64,000 bases of DNA from Oopsacas minuta (taxonomy: Eukaryota; Animalia; Porifera): the NCBI GenBank assembly GCA_024704765.1, contig JAKMXF010000001.1, positions 29,493 through 93,492 of the forward strand. The letters run 5' to 3'. The notes under the pieces are model-generated. The model searched no databases, was not told the origin of the DNA, and saw only the letters and a list, made by a program, of their open reading frames with translations. The translations under genes and the position numbers were made by a program. This document shows positions 1 to 11,791 of this stretch, piece by piece; the first letter of the stretch is position 1; each line of letters begins with the position of its first letter.

Positions 1-702
1 TTCTTTGCCAAGCAGTTGGAGGAAAATGTCTAAAAACCGTGAGTTTATTATGTAAGGGAGATCAATCCATTGAGTATATAATCCCACTACCCGTAGCGTG
101 GTGCATAGGGTCTCAGGTGTGAAAGAAGTGGAATCAATGAGGATCTGTATCCAGGATTCTACCAGCTGACTGATACACCCCTCTCTCATGTTATCCTTTA
201 TGAGATTAGCTCGTTGTTGATCCTCTAGAGATCGTGGTATAGACTTATCCATGACTTCATCATTCATATAGAGGAGTATGTGTAGATACAGCTGGGTAGG
301 TTCATGGCTGTATGAAGTGAGATAGGAGAGGATGTCGGAGAAGAATGAGGGCCAGTAGTCAGGATAATCCTGGAGGAACACGTGAATAAATATTTGACAC
401 TTCTTATTGAGGATGAAGGAGGGTTGGGGAGAAGAACTCTGTTCCAACCAGGAGAGTAGTAGCTTTCTGAAGAAGAGCTTATTGTCAGCTGATTCCTGTG
501 AGTATCGAGTCTTTGAGAATTCCTCCAGGATTCTGAGACAGAAGAATATCACATGTTGATCGTAAGTATTAGACTCCTTAATAGTGTCAGCACATAGCAT
601 CCATCCGTTAGGAGCTGTCAATAGCTGGTTGAAGTAGATTAGGACTTGAGACTGGTTTGAAGTGTCAGGGGAGGATAGGAGGGATGACAAGTTGGGATCC
701 AT
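1..702 (-). CDS. XPOT: Exportin-T (tRNA export receptor), N-terminal part; runs off the window edge
   Basis: Not in the ORF track (no stop in window). Manual translation from ATG at 702 gives 234 open codons: MDPNLSSLL...YFNQLLTAPNGWMLCAD...DQHVIFFCLRILE...DYWPSFFSDIL...RANLIKDNMREGCISQLVESWIQIL...TQWIDL, colinear with the exportin-T N-terminus. Confidence 0.9.
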   Translation of the reverse strand, partial: MDPNLSSLLSSPDTSNQSQVLIYFNQLLTAPNGWMLCADTIKESNTYDQHVIFFCLRILEEFSKTRYSQESADNKLFFRKLLLSWLEQSSSPQPSFILNKKCQIFIHVFLQDYPDYWPSFFSDILSYLTSYSHEPTQLYLHILLYMNDEVMDKSIPRSLEDQQRANLIKDNMREGCISQLVESWIQILIDSTSFTPETLCTTLRVVGLYTQWIDLPYIINSRFLDIFLQLLGKE

Positions 703-991
703 AGGATTGCCTGAGTGAGTAATACGTAATAACTGATTGAATACTAACTACATGCTGTGAATACTATTAGAGTAGTAATTTTAGCAATCATTCATGATCA
801 GATGTCTGGAATGAATTATTCAAAATATCCAGGTTTTGCCAGATATTCGGAATGATATTTTGAGGATAGAACCAAAATTGGATTTCAATTTCCTAAAATT
901 TGATCATTATGATGAGGATATGGGTAATTAGAGAGAAACGAAAAATCTTTGTGATGTTAATTCTTCGGACTAATTCATATGAATAATTCAC

Positions 992-1024
992 TCGCGCGGT
1001 TAGCTTTCTAGGTCGCTGCGCGAA
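992..1024 (-). mobile_element. Degenerate Helitron-like 3' terminal hairpin (copy 1, no CTAG end)
   Basis: Reverse complement TCGCGCAGCGACCTAGAAAGCTAACCGCGCGA closely matches 20788-20817. Confidence 0.4.
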
Positions 1025-1309
1025 GGCTAAAGTATCCTTGAGCTTTGTCCCTTGCTAAAACAAGGGACAAAGCTTTTAAGGAAGAAACAGCTATATTTGT
1101 CAGTACTTTTTGGGTCTCTACGCGACGGGCTATACTCAACAATATGTGCCTCGTGGTTAATTTTTGCAGGAAATTTTAATTTGTTATCCATGGTCCATCC
1201 AAATTCCATTAAATGACATTCTGTGGTAATACTGGAGCTGTACGTGGCTTTTGGTTAGTAATCTCGGAACTTCGTACCTCGTGTATTAAGAATTTCTCAT
1301 ATTACACAA

Positions 1310-1420
1310 ACGATCGGGACCGCGATCGTTTTTGAAATAAGGATCTTGATCGGGATTGCCGATCATAATTTCAGCTAAGATCAGGATTGGGATCGCGATC
1401 TTGTTTAACACGATCGACTA
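1310..1420. repeat. Cluster of short GATC/GATCG motifs, probably the subterminal region of a DNA-transposon relic
   Basis: Repeated (c)gatc(g) motifs within about 110 bp (acgatcggg, gcgatcg, tgatcggg, ccgatc, ggatcgcgatc, acgatcg). Confidence 0.35.
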
Positions 1421-2603
1421 ATGCCTTAAACATAGGTCAAGTTTCACGGCACCAAGGATACTCACATATTATAGTCTATTAAATTCAATTTGTTTAAAAA
1501 GTGGCACTATTAATAGGAAGCACTATGTGTAATGAGATTAAAACTAACCTCTCATAGTGCCTCCAATTAATGTATTCTATATCATTATTATAACTTGGTA
1601 TCGGTTATTCCAAACGAATGGCGGACATTTCGCAGAATTTAATTTATAGAATAACTTAAATTTAGGACTGAATGTGTTCAAATTGAGATCCTGTTACACT
1701 TTACATGGTCCAAGGACTAGATACAGATATGGCCGACCATAAGTGGTCCAGGGAAGACCAATTATGGAAGAAAATCAATTATAAGCAATATTGATAACAA
1801 ATCCGAACAAAATCCAATTCAGTAAGTACAATAGATTCTAAAGACCCAAACCAACAACCTAAGGTAGTCAGAGATCCTGACAACTTCCAGGAACAAGCCT
1901 GCCACTAATCCAAGGTATATTTGTACACTACAGTTCGATCAAAAACCGTCAACAATAAGATATCGCTCCCAAATACACACCAACCAACACCCAGTAAGGT
2001 AGGGAGGCACTAGGTCTAGAAATAGTCAGACAATATATGTATAGATTGATAGAAAAGTCTCAGATACGGTCTAGGCACCTAGCGACGAAATGTCCGTTTA
2101 CCATTTCAGACGTTGATCATGTCTGCATAGAGTTCCTGGAGGATTTCAATTTGAAATCGAAGCGAAGCGAAGTAATTGAACACCCTGATGATTCGTGATA
2201 TATATGCGCTGAGTGCAGGTTAAGCCACCATACACGATGCAACATTATTGCACCTTGTATGGTAAGAGTTGTTTTATAGGTACATAAATTGCAGTCCTGA
2301 CTATCTTCCTATAGTTTCATGCCATACATTTTGTAAGATATAATGGTGCAAACATGAAGTCAGGCATAGTCGCCAAGTTTGGGTACCTGGGGGACTAGAC
2401 TCCCCAGGTTTAGTGGTTGAGACAGTACTTTGTGTGAATTTACATAGAGGTAGCAACAATTTCCCATGGTGGTCCCCACAGGTCGGATTTTGTTTCCTAA
2501 AACTTGGCGCCAATAAAGTGAGGTATTATTTTAGGTGCATATTTTTGCCTATATAAGTATACTCAAACATATCTTGAATACATTATATAGATATACCATC
2601 ACA

Positions 2604-3446
2604 ATGAACTTGGATATACATCAAGTACTACCTCTCCTGGCTAAAATAGACCCCGGTCTCACGAAGGAGTTCCTCCTTAGTTCTAGTATCCCCCTTATCG
2701 TCTGCAGCAGCGGTCTCATTTCTACATTCAACGTATATGAACATGGATTTCCTCTCTCCTTTGCTATACTTCCAATATACAATACTATTTCTGCATGGAA
2801 GAGTGGCACAGTTCTCTCTACACCCGTTCTCCTCTACAACAGTACTATGATGTTTCACGGAATAATACTTAGTTTATACATGTACTATAGAAAGAACAAA
2901 ACATTTCTCGAGCATTTCAACACTCACATAGTTGAAACAAGTAATGCTTATACTGCATTACGTGATGCCTCTCTACTGGTTAGAATTATTAACTGGTTAG
3001 CTATAACTGGGGTTATGACCTGCTGGAATGCTATCCCCTATATATACACACTAAGGGGGGATGGTTCATCTCCTACTGGGGTGCTTGGCCTGTCTCTCAT
3101 TGCACTAGGCTCTGTTCTTCAAGCAACCGCTGACCATCAGAAGAAGAGACATAAATATATACACGGACCTTACTCGTACTGTAAGGATGGTGTGTATAAG
3201 CTCTGTAGACATCCTAACTACCTTGGAGAAATTCTCTACCATCTGGGAGTTTTAATTTCCGGTTATTCTCTTTTTCCAAGTATTTCTCGCTGGCTTTTAG
3301 TAGGAATAATCCCTCTATGCTTTGTCCCAATGATGTTTTTCGTAACCTATGACATGTCTGAAAAGCAAGCAGCTAAGTACGAACGTGAATCAACCTACAA
3401 AGATTATCAGGCTAGTGTAAAGCGACTCATCCCCTATGTGTGGTGA
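2604..3446 (+). CDS. DUF1295 / steroid 5-alpha-reductase C-terminal-like polytopic membrane protein, single exon
   Basis: Several hydrophobic helices and the motif G-VYKLCRHPNYLGEILYHLG typical of DUF1295. First ATG is at 2604; the track ORF starts at a GTG at 2535. Confidence 0.8.
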   Translation: MNLDIHQVLPLLAKIDPGLTKEFLLSSSIPLIVCSSGLISTFNVYEHGFPLSFAILPIYNTISAWKSGTVLSTPVLLYNSTMMFHGIILSLYMYYRKNKTFLEHFNTHIVETSNAYTALRDASLLVRIINWLAITGVMTCWNAIPYIYTLRGDGSSPTGVLGLSLIALGSVLQATADHQKKRHKYIHGPYSYCKDGVYKLCRHPNYLGEILYHLGVLISGYSLFPSISRWLLVGIIPLCFVPMMFFVTYDMSEKQAAKYERESTYKDYQASVKRLIPYVW

Positions 3447-3883
3447 CTAGTTGGTTGTAAAAGCAACTACTAACCTATTGTTTGTTTCTACGTCTTTATT
3501 TTAGCTACTATAGTTATCTATTTATTGATTCTATTACTTAAAATTCTATTATTGTTTGTCCACTTTGTATTAAACAAATTGAGTTTAATAGACTAAGCTG
3601 TCGGCACAGGTTGTGATTTATATTTTATCTCTCTGTTACGGCGATCATTCTTCAACTGTCCCCGGAGAGTAATCAATCTCTCTTCTATCAAGATGGTCTC
3701 TGATTCTAATTTCTCCCGAACCTACTTTTCTGGGATTTGCCCTATATGAGATGCCATTGTTAATAATGTAAGTATTTATAATACTATTATGATTCAAGGT
3801 GTCAAAAGGCTATAATGATGCCAATTGCCCCCCTCACCTCCAATGCGGCTCTCAATCCAATCCAATTTTGGGAAACCGTAGAG

Positions 3884-3951
3884 CCGCGGTTCCTAACCTT
3901 TTCATCCGTGGACAACCAAGGAGTCCATGTACCCTAGGTCGGGAACCGCTA
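3884..3951. mobile_element. Miniature hAT (Charlie-like) MITE, 68 bp
   Basis: Imperfect TIRs CCGCGGTTCCTAACCT / AGGTCGGGAACCGCTA, flanked by 8-mers CCGTAGAG / CCTTAGAA (6/8 match). Confidence 0.55.
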
Positions 3952-4058
3952 CCTTAGAACACAAAACAGCATAAGTATGGTACTCTTTGGCAACCATGAA
4001 TCTATAATATAGTGACTTGCAAAACTACAAAAAATATTGAAAAATATGAGAATAAAAA

Positions 4059-5269
4059 TTAAAAGAATTGTAGTTTGTGACAATCCTTCCGGTCCACTAC
4101 AACAATACGACCCTCCTCGTCAAAATGTCAATGCCAAGATGTTTATAGAATTCTCCAGGTCCTGTCCCTTCATGTCCAATAGTAGTCACAATATGTCCCT
4201 CAATAGAGATTACTTTAATGTTATGAGCTCCCATGTCACTAACAACAATGTTCTGATGTCTGTCTAGACAGATATGGGAAGGATTAGTGAGTAGTTCCTG
4301 TGACGCAATCACTTGAAAGATGTTCCCATCTCTTGAAAATGATTGTATGAGAGAGTCACACTTAAACAGGACTACGAATAGAGATGGAGTTGTTCTTAGG
4401 CGCCTTAGCCTTGTGTCTTGTGTTAAGTGAGGAGAGTTAAGTACTGTTATCTTGATTATACTCAAATCCTCCAAACTGTGATGAGCTATGTGATTAACTT
4501 CACGCATTCCTGTATACAGTGTATCTACGTCAGCTGATATACAGGATATGCTATATTCTGTTTCTACTTTACACATTATTTCTCCTGACACTTTCTCCAG
4601 CTTGTAGATACCATCTGGAAGTAAACATTTAACAAACAGCTGATGAGGTGTTACAACTATATCAGAAGGAAAAGATATTCCTTGTAGCTTAACGGTCCTC
4701 GTATAAGAGCCATCATTACAGAACACCTGAATCCTACCAAGCAAATAATCACACACATAAATATCTCCGTTACTTCTATCTATTGAGAGACAAAGAGGAG
4801 CTAATATCTCATCACTTCCCTCTCCATACATGATGCCAGACCACACTGGTTTGTGTCTGTTCACGCAAGACACTCCTTCAACTACGCGACATAATGCTGC
4901 CATGCCACCTTCCAACCACCCGTCATGCCATTCGAGCCACACAGATGAAACCCGATCAATAATCGCCTCCAGTCCTTGGATTTCATTGTCTAGCTCTCTT
5001 GACACATCTACCAAATTAACATTCAACTCATTGTATACCAAATTTTGTGTCACCTCAGCTTTGGTGATTCGCAGCTGATCCAATTTGTTTTGCCTGTCCA
5101 CCACTTTAGCATCTGTCACACAGACCACTTCATCTAGTTGTGCCTCCACTTCTAGATGTTTCTCCCGTAGCACACGGAAATAGAACTGAAATCTGGCTCG
5201 GAGTTCTTCTTTCGCCATCAACACCTCTCTTCTAAGCCTTTCCAACTCTCTAGCTGTCTCTTCTTGCAT
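4059..5269 (-). CDS. Coiled-coil + NHL-repeat beta-propeller protein (TRIM-NHL-like), frameshifted near the C-terminus
   Basis: N-terminal coiled coil followed by NHL repeats (PLCLSIDRSNGDIYVCDYLLGRIQVF, PSHICLDRHQNIVVSDMGAHNIKV). The last repeat continues as DEEGRIVVVDRKDCHKLQFF* in another frame, with the stop at 4059-4061. Confidence 0.75.
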
Positions 5270-6519
5270 ACCAGCGCCAAATTCAGTACCATGTTCCTCA
5301 AGATATTTCTTGTGAGCACTATTCTTATACTCTTTTATGCAACTAATCTACTCTTCTACAATCCGCTTACACCACAGAACATACTGTACACTTAGTTACA
5401 GGTAGTCACTGATCTCTCTAACATACACTACACACTCTAGCAACCTACGAAACGATTTATTATTATAGAATTGATTTAATCGATTGAATATAGCACTAAA
5501 CAATATTATGAGTAGTAAAATATATAAGTGATAGTTCCATATTTCAATTCGGTGTTATAATGAACCAATCGCCTTTGAAAGGCTCGATCACTTCATCTTC
5601 AGTTAGTATAACTATTTTGAACTATTTGTATAGTTCTTACATTTGAGACTTGTTGACAGGGGTGTAATCCTAAGTATAAAAGTAAGGGAACGCTCCAAAA
5701 CACTGCCTCTTCCACTGAATTTGCGCCTCTTATGTGGTATAATCGGCGGCTTTGATGTCCTAGTTTTCCAGGCTTGTCTACACTGACATCTTATGAAATA
5801 CAAGATATTTAAACTAAATATGTAATATTCAAAGTAAAAAGCATGGAAGCTACCATATTTAGTACTTTTTAGCTGAAAATCGAAGGAACATAAGCATTTC
5901 CACATGTAAACGATTCTTACATAAAAATTGGATAATACAAACTATACTACTAAGCAATAAAATGTTGGCTATAATGTTGAACACAATTTCTAAACTGAAA
6001 AATATAGTTAAATAATCCAATATTTACAAAAAGAAGCGCATTCACGTTCCCCCATTCTCCCTCCAATACGCCCCTGAAGTGAAGTATATAATAGTGAGCT
6101 GTGATATCATGTTGTAAATGTTCATGTAACGAGCGAGCGGGGTCTTATATAATCGCTGAGATGGTCTCCTGTTATGAAGATGATAATCCAAGCTGAAGAT
6201 TTCCATAAAGAATTCAGATTTTTTGAAATGCTGGTTTTATTGAGACTTGGCTGGTCCGCTGGTTTGGCCAACCAAATGCTGGTCACTTGGGGTCTATGTA
6301 ATAATTTCATTAATATTCCATAATATACTATAAATATATCAACTTGAGGTTATTTCTGACACAAAATCAGAGTACATGGAAGAGGTCACACTAAACACGG
6401 AAGTTATTCTACTTTAATAATTGTGTCAGTTCAGCAGTTTTGGCTACAAACCATTAATTCTATTAGAATCTATAAATTAAATTTTGATAACAAAACAATA
6501 ATCTAAACGAACTCAAACA

Positions 6520-7245
6520 AATTCCAACATTTATGCGGTAGATATGAGCAACAGTTGTATCCAAATATTCTCACATGTAGGAAAACACCTCAACATATTC
6601 GGAGATCAACACCTGAAACAGCCATGGGGTATCCTAATCCATGAGGATAGCATTTATGTCACGGATATAGGTCATCACGCTATCTTTCAATCCAGCTACC
6701 AGACCTAACAATGATAAAGCAAGTAGGTTAGGAAAGTTCTGGCAGTACAGAGTTCAATACTCCTGGACAACTCTTCATCTCTCCCAATCAACACCTTGAT
6801 GTCCCAGATAGAAACAACAACAGACTCCAAATTCTAAAAACTAATCTGGAATTCAAGGACTCGCAACATCACGAATGTCTAAACTTGTTGATGTAAAGTT
6901 CTCAAACAATGAAATGTTTGTGTTGAGCTCTAGAGAGTATCCGTGTATTCATGTGTTTACGCTCTCAGGCGAGAAGTCCCGCTCCTTACTAGGTACCAGA
7001 GGTTATGAAACACTAGTGATCGGAACATTTTTCTTCTGCCTAGACGGAAAAAATAACATTCTCATTAGCGACTTGACAGCTAACATAATTAAAGTATTAT
7101 CACCAGAAGAAGACATCCTATACACGATAGGACAGAGTAGACATGGCGCTGGAATTTTTTACGTCCTTTTTGATATTGAATACACAAACAAAACTCGTTT
7201 GAGTTTCTGAAAACAAGAGTTTTTGTTTACAAATATTTTGTAATT
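6520..7245 (+). pseudogene. NHL-repeat pseudogene
   Basis: IYAVDMSNSCIQIF...PWGILIHEDSIYVTDIGHH / QVG*ESSGSTEFNTPGQLFISP...VPDRNNNRLQIL / MSKLVDVKF...FCLDGKNNILISD. NHL motifs are spread over several frames with an internal stop; no start was found. Confidence 0.75.
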
Positions 7246-7631
7246 AATTTGCAATTTTGTATTGACTGTCTGTGTTCTCAATGGAGTATAGGAGACAAAG
7301 AATAACCTTCAAATATCCTATCTATATTAGATTACTATGTAAATTCCAAATATCGAAATTGTGTATTGATATCACTACAAAGTTGACATAAGTAATTCTC
7401 AAGAAGACGGCCCATATTGGCTATGTCTGACTAGCTTGTTAATTAGGGAGGAGACAGACAATATTATAAATCCATCTGCTCTATCTAGAATATCTCCCAG
7501 TACAAAATGTCAACGCAAATACTAAATATATAATTGAATTCCGAAATAATTCAATTTACAATTTGCATATCTAAGTTCAGACATTAAAAGTATGCAAATA
7601 TTTAATTTATAACCATATATCGACTGAGCAG

Positions 7632-8198
7632 TTACATACAACTACAACTAGACTTCTTCTTGCTTTTCTTTACAAGAATTTTGGTCTGATCTCTAATCTC
7701 AGTAATTAGCGTGGTGAACACTTCGTCTACGTTAATATTGTATTTAGCTGACGTCTCAATGTAAGATGCCTTTAATGCTCTCGCAAGTATCTCTCCCTCC
7801 CCCATCTGAACAACTCTGTGCTGTGATAGATCTGATTTATTAGCTACGATAACAACCGGCAATGACATGCTATCATCCATGCGTCTAGCTGTTCGTATAC
7901 ACTGATAAGTCTTCTTGACTCTAAGGAATGACTCTCTGCTGGTGATGTCATAGACAATAATGAAGCTATGTCCTTGTGTGTAATACATGGACCGAGTTAG
8001 ATTCTCTTCTCCCTTGCCGTCCGTATCAATAATGTCCAGTTTATACATGAAATGCTCGTACGGTACATTAGTACTGTACGTGTCCTCTATCGTGTGTATG
8101 TATGAGAGAGGGAACTCTTCTCCGATATATCTTTTCAAGAGAGCAGTTTTTCCAACTTCTCCTATTCCGAGTACAATCACACGATAACATGTAGACAT
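7632..8198 (-). CDS. Ras-family small GTPase, atypical, with CAAX box
   Basis: G1 GIGEVGKT, G2 YIHTIED, G3 DTDG, G4 NKSD, G5 ETSAK, then a polybasic tail and CSCM. Confidence 0.92.
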   Translation of the reverse strand: MSTCYRVIVLGIGEVGKTALLKRYIGEEFPLSYIHTIEDTYSTNVPYEHFMYKLDIIDTDGKGEENLTRSMYYTQGHSFIIVYDITSRESFLRVKKTYQCIRTARRMDDSMSLPVVIVANKSDLSQHRVVQMGEGEILARALKASYIETSAKYNINVDEVFTTLITEIRDQTKILVKKSKKKSSCSCM

Positions 8199-8689
8199 TG
8201 TTCAATTGTAGAGTTGGGCATTGTCCTCCTTATAAATTTATGATATTGAATGATATGATATTTGATCCTACTCATAAACATACTATAAATATTCAGAAAG
8301 AATGTATGGATTAATTAGAGATTACACTCTAATTCATTGAAATAATGCAAAAATATTAAAATTGGTTTTGAGGGTGGATTTGAGAGGTATGACTATACAA
8401 ATTAGATTATCATACCCTCTAAGTATGATCCGGAGTACCTTGGAGTCATGCAATTAATTAACTGAATTAGGCGTATGAAAATTGACAGGAGGAGCATCAG
8501 AAGCGTACTCCCAAATCCTATATATCTCTCTGCTTGTAGTTGTAGGAGTGTCTGAGTCAGGAGAAGAATTTAGCCCAACTAAATGTAATACACATTAACA
8601 ACTATATCTTATAATAATTTAATATACAATCTAACTTCTATGACATCCACTGAGGGGACTGGCCAAAAGTGGCCGTGAGAAATTTGAAG

Positions 8690-8821
8690 TTAATGACCGT
8701 ATATAGAGGTAGTTATAGAAATGCCGTTATAAACAGACTCAATTCGTGTGAGGGTCCAGAAATGGTGGCCGCTGCCTGCAGATATTGCTATAAAAGGTGG
8801 CGGTTAAGCTACTTTACTGTA
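8690..8821. mobile_element. Tigger/pogo-like MITE right-end relic
   Basis: Internal GACCGTATATAGAGG / GCCGTTATA motifs; ends ...CTTTACTG|TA (CAGTA-type TIR plus TA). Confidence 0.35.
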
Positions 8822-8877
8822 TTTAAATAGTACGATATAACAATTCAATACAAATGACAAAATATAGCAGTATTAAT

Positions 8878-10041
8878 TTATACGTACTCACATTCACTAG
8901 AAAGGTCTTCACATTTTCTGAATAGGGTGCATACGCCCAACGTATCCCAAATATACACAAACGTATTCTCATCTGCTACATACATTGTTCCAGGACAAAA
9001 GCATGATGATAAATAACCAAAATCGGCTATTTGTCCCTCTCCAGTGTAACTAACGATGAATTTCTTAGGGTAGAGATCTGAATCCAAGCTACAAAGAATC
9101 CTTCCTCCCCGTGTGATATCAACATACACTGGTGTTTTTGTGTTCAGTTTATTCAAATGCTGACATCTAATTGAAATCTTGTCTCCAGGGATGTTGCTGT
9201 CCCCAGCTAGTTTCCTAACAAATATCATTCCATCTTGGTAGTAGACTAGTAGTAGCTCAATCCCATGTATAAAATAGTCACCTCTGTACACGCCAGGTGA
9301 CAACAGCTGTGGTTCATCGGTATGTACTTTACACACAACTACCTTGGTTAAGTTAAGCTCACAGGTAGTATTATTATAGGATGAGTTGAGGTCTGAATAT
9401 CTGTCAATACTGTATACATCCCGTGAGCCGAGGTCTTTGAGTTTAGGATTGTTGATTTCACATACGAGATTCTTACAAGCAGACTTACTCAACCGGATAA
9501 TTTTGAGAGGGTCTACTCTCTCTCCCTCTTCAAATCTTCCTGAGCACGAAAATGTTACATTTCTCTTAGAAATTTTAAAAGAACTATCGTAGAGAGAGAA
9601 TTTCGCAATTTCGTGATACTCAAGTGGATTATTCATAAATTTAACATGTCTTAATCCTGGCATTTTTCCGATGAATTCTAATGGGTTAGTTGATGATTGA
9701 GCTATGCTTATTACTATGTTGTAAGGATCAAGATGGAGAACCCATAAACCTCGTAATTGGCATAGAAAATAGTAATATTTGTGGTACAGAGATTTGTTTG
9801 AGAGATCAGGAAGGAGATGAAATACACTTACATCGCGATACCGATATGATATAATGTATTTCCAAATAATATCAGTGTTACAGAGTACATAGAGTTCTTT
9901 ACAACAAACTGATAAAGCAGATAAAGATCTTGGAGTACATACGATAACAATTTTAATGAGAATATCTCGAGGAAGCTCCAACAACAGTAGAGGTTTGTGA
10001 GCAGGATTTTGCTTAACTAATTCAGAATTTGACTCTGCCAT
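8878..10041 (-). CDS. FBXO31: F-box protein FBXO31-like, single exon
   Basis: F-box (LLELPRDILIKI...CKELYVLCNTDIIWK). The C-terminal PGVYRGDYFIHGIE...KLAGDSNIP...GEGQIADFGY...FVYIW matches the FBXO31 substrate-binding domain. Confidence 0.82.
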   Translation of the reverse strand: MAESNSELVKQNPAHKPLLLLELPRDILIKIVIVCTPRSLSALSVCCKELYVLCNTDIIWKYIISYRYRDVSVFHLLPDLSNKSLYHKYYYFLCQLRGLWVLHLDPYNIVISIAQSSTNPLEFIGKMPGLRHVKFMNNPLEYHEIAKFSLYDSSFKISKRNVTFSCSGRFEEGERVDPLKIIRLSKSACKNLVCEINNPKLKDLGSRDVYSIDRYSDLNSSYNNTTCELNLTKVVVCKVHTDEPQLLSPGVYRGDYFIHGIELLLVYYQDGMIFVRKLAGDSNIPGDKISIRCQHLNKLNTKTPVYVDITRGGRILCSLDSDLYPKKFIVSYTGEGQIADFGYLSSCFCPGTMYVADENTFVYIWDTLGVCTLFRKCEDLSSECEYV

Positions 10042-10187
10042 TTACAAATTCCATTCTACTAAAGAAATACGTATATATGAAATATAAGGAGGTTTATAAC
10101 CTAGTAATGAGCTACAGTAGAACTCTCTTAGTACGTTCCGGGCATGGGCAGTTCCGGCCTAAGCTTTACTCCGGTTAGTATGTAGTA

Positions 10188-10921
10188 CAGACAATTCGAT
10201 ACGGACATATCGCTATGCAGAGTTCCATAAGGACAGTTCGCTACTGGATAATTCGCTACACGGGAGACGAATACATGAATTAGACAGCTGACCCAGTCAG
10301 GCTTGTCCATAGGTCCTACATAGTCAGGCCTTGTATAAATATGTGAGGTCAAGTCAGGTCAGGTAGGTCAGGTCTCAAGATTAATCAGATCAATTAACAA
10401 TCAATTAACAATCAATTAACTACAATTAATCAACATAGGAACGGGGAAACCATACACCAAGGGACGGACACACTGCCAGTATATATTTTGACAAAAGCCT
10501 ATTACATTGAAGATATATCATACTCGAAACTAGTTAACCGTATTAGGGAAGTAATTCAATTCTATTTACGAGTTAATTAGTGACAGGATTAGCAAGGTAA
10601 GATTATTAGAGTCCCTGAAGCCTGAAAATGAGCTGTAAATGACGTAAAAATGACCTGCAAGTTGCTCAAATAATTTAGTCAGGTTTGGTCAGGTCATAAC
10701 CAAAAATATTCACGGGGAACGTTCTTCACTGTGACACCGGTATGCTAGTATAGAGTATACCCGGATATATTCCAGGAGGGGATAATCTGGGTTTGCAATT
10801 TGGTCTAGCTGGGCTAAATTTATCAGGCAATTATGGTCCGGGTTGATTTGGGTCTTATCAACAAATTTCTGATTTTTCGTAAGTGTCCGTGTAGCGAAGT
10901 GCCGTATCCCGAGTTCTACTG
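10188..10921. mobile_element. Non-autonomous Tc1/mariner (Tigger/pogo-like) element, about 730 bp
   Basis: TA|CAG...CTG|TA ends with imperfect inverted termini. TTCGCTACACGG (~10253) is the reverse complement of CCGTGTAGCGAA (~10887). Internal (TCAGG)n and AATCAATTAAC tandem copies. Confidence 0.5.
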
Positions 10922-11400
10922 TACATATATGGCAATTATAACAAATACTCTGTTTGATACGTAGGTTATTCCATAACCCATATGATTATAAAATGCAACG
11001 TTGTGGAATATTGTAGGGTATATTCCAGTAAATTGACTAACTATACAAATTTTGTAAATTACAGTATTAATAAGTATCCACAAACCATAAATATACATTA
11101 TGGTAAAAACATTATTAAACTAGGTTTGTTATTTGCAAAGTGCAGACCGAAAGATTAACATTTTTAGTTGATTATTCAATCTGTCGAGCACATATCTCCC
11201 TGAAAATAGTATTGGATAGATTATGTAGAGATTACAGAGGAAATAATACATTTTAAAAGTACAGCAATTCTTTTGATTTCCTAGGTTCCAAATTGTATCT
11301 AGTCAACTTCTGATAGCGTAAGTTTGGGGAAATAAGTAAATTAGTCTGACTTATATTTGGGATTCATAATTTAGGATTATTAGTAAATTTATCTCTGTTG

Positions 11401-11404
<4 letters not shown>

Positions 11405-11443
<39 letters not shown>
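11405..11443. repeat. (TTA)n microsatellite
   Basis: About 12 TTA units. Confidence 0.95.
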
Positions 11444-11791
11444 GTCTCTACCTCGGAATAGGATGGAAGACTTCCTGTGATTATAATCTCTCACACAAAT
11501 TGACAATTTGGAATTATAAACACAATATAACCAGAGAGGAGGATAGACCCATTAGATAGCAGACTAATTACTCTATTTTCAATATTTACTACCCAGCACT
11601 GATATATGTATTGTATCATTTGTATGTATTCAGTGTTTCTCATGGCTAACTAGACAGAACAGTGCAGATAGTCTACACACATAAATGTATATAAACCAAA
11701 TTAGATACACACTTGTAATAATATAATTCTTGATTTACTTCTTCATTTCTAACTACAAATTTGTAAATATTGTTATTCCGATATTAATAAA

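Noticed and set aside
5612-6310. ORFs 5612-5905 and 6122-6310
   Set aside because: No recognisable domain; adjacent to a solo CAGGGGCG-type terminus (~6064-6076), so probably transposon debris.
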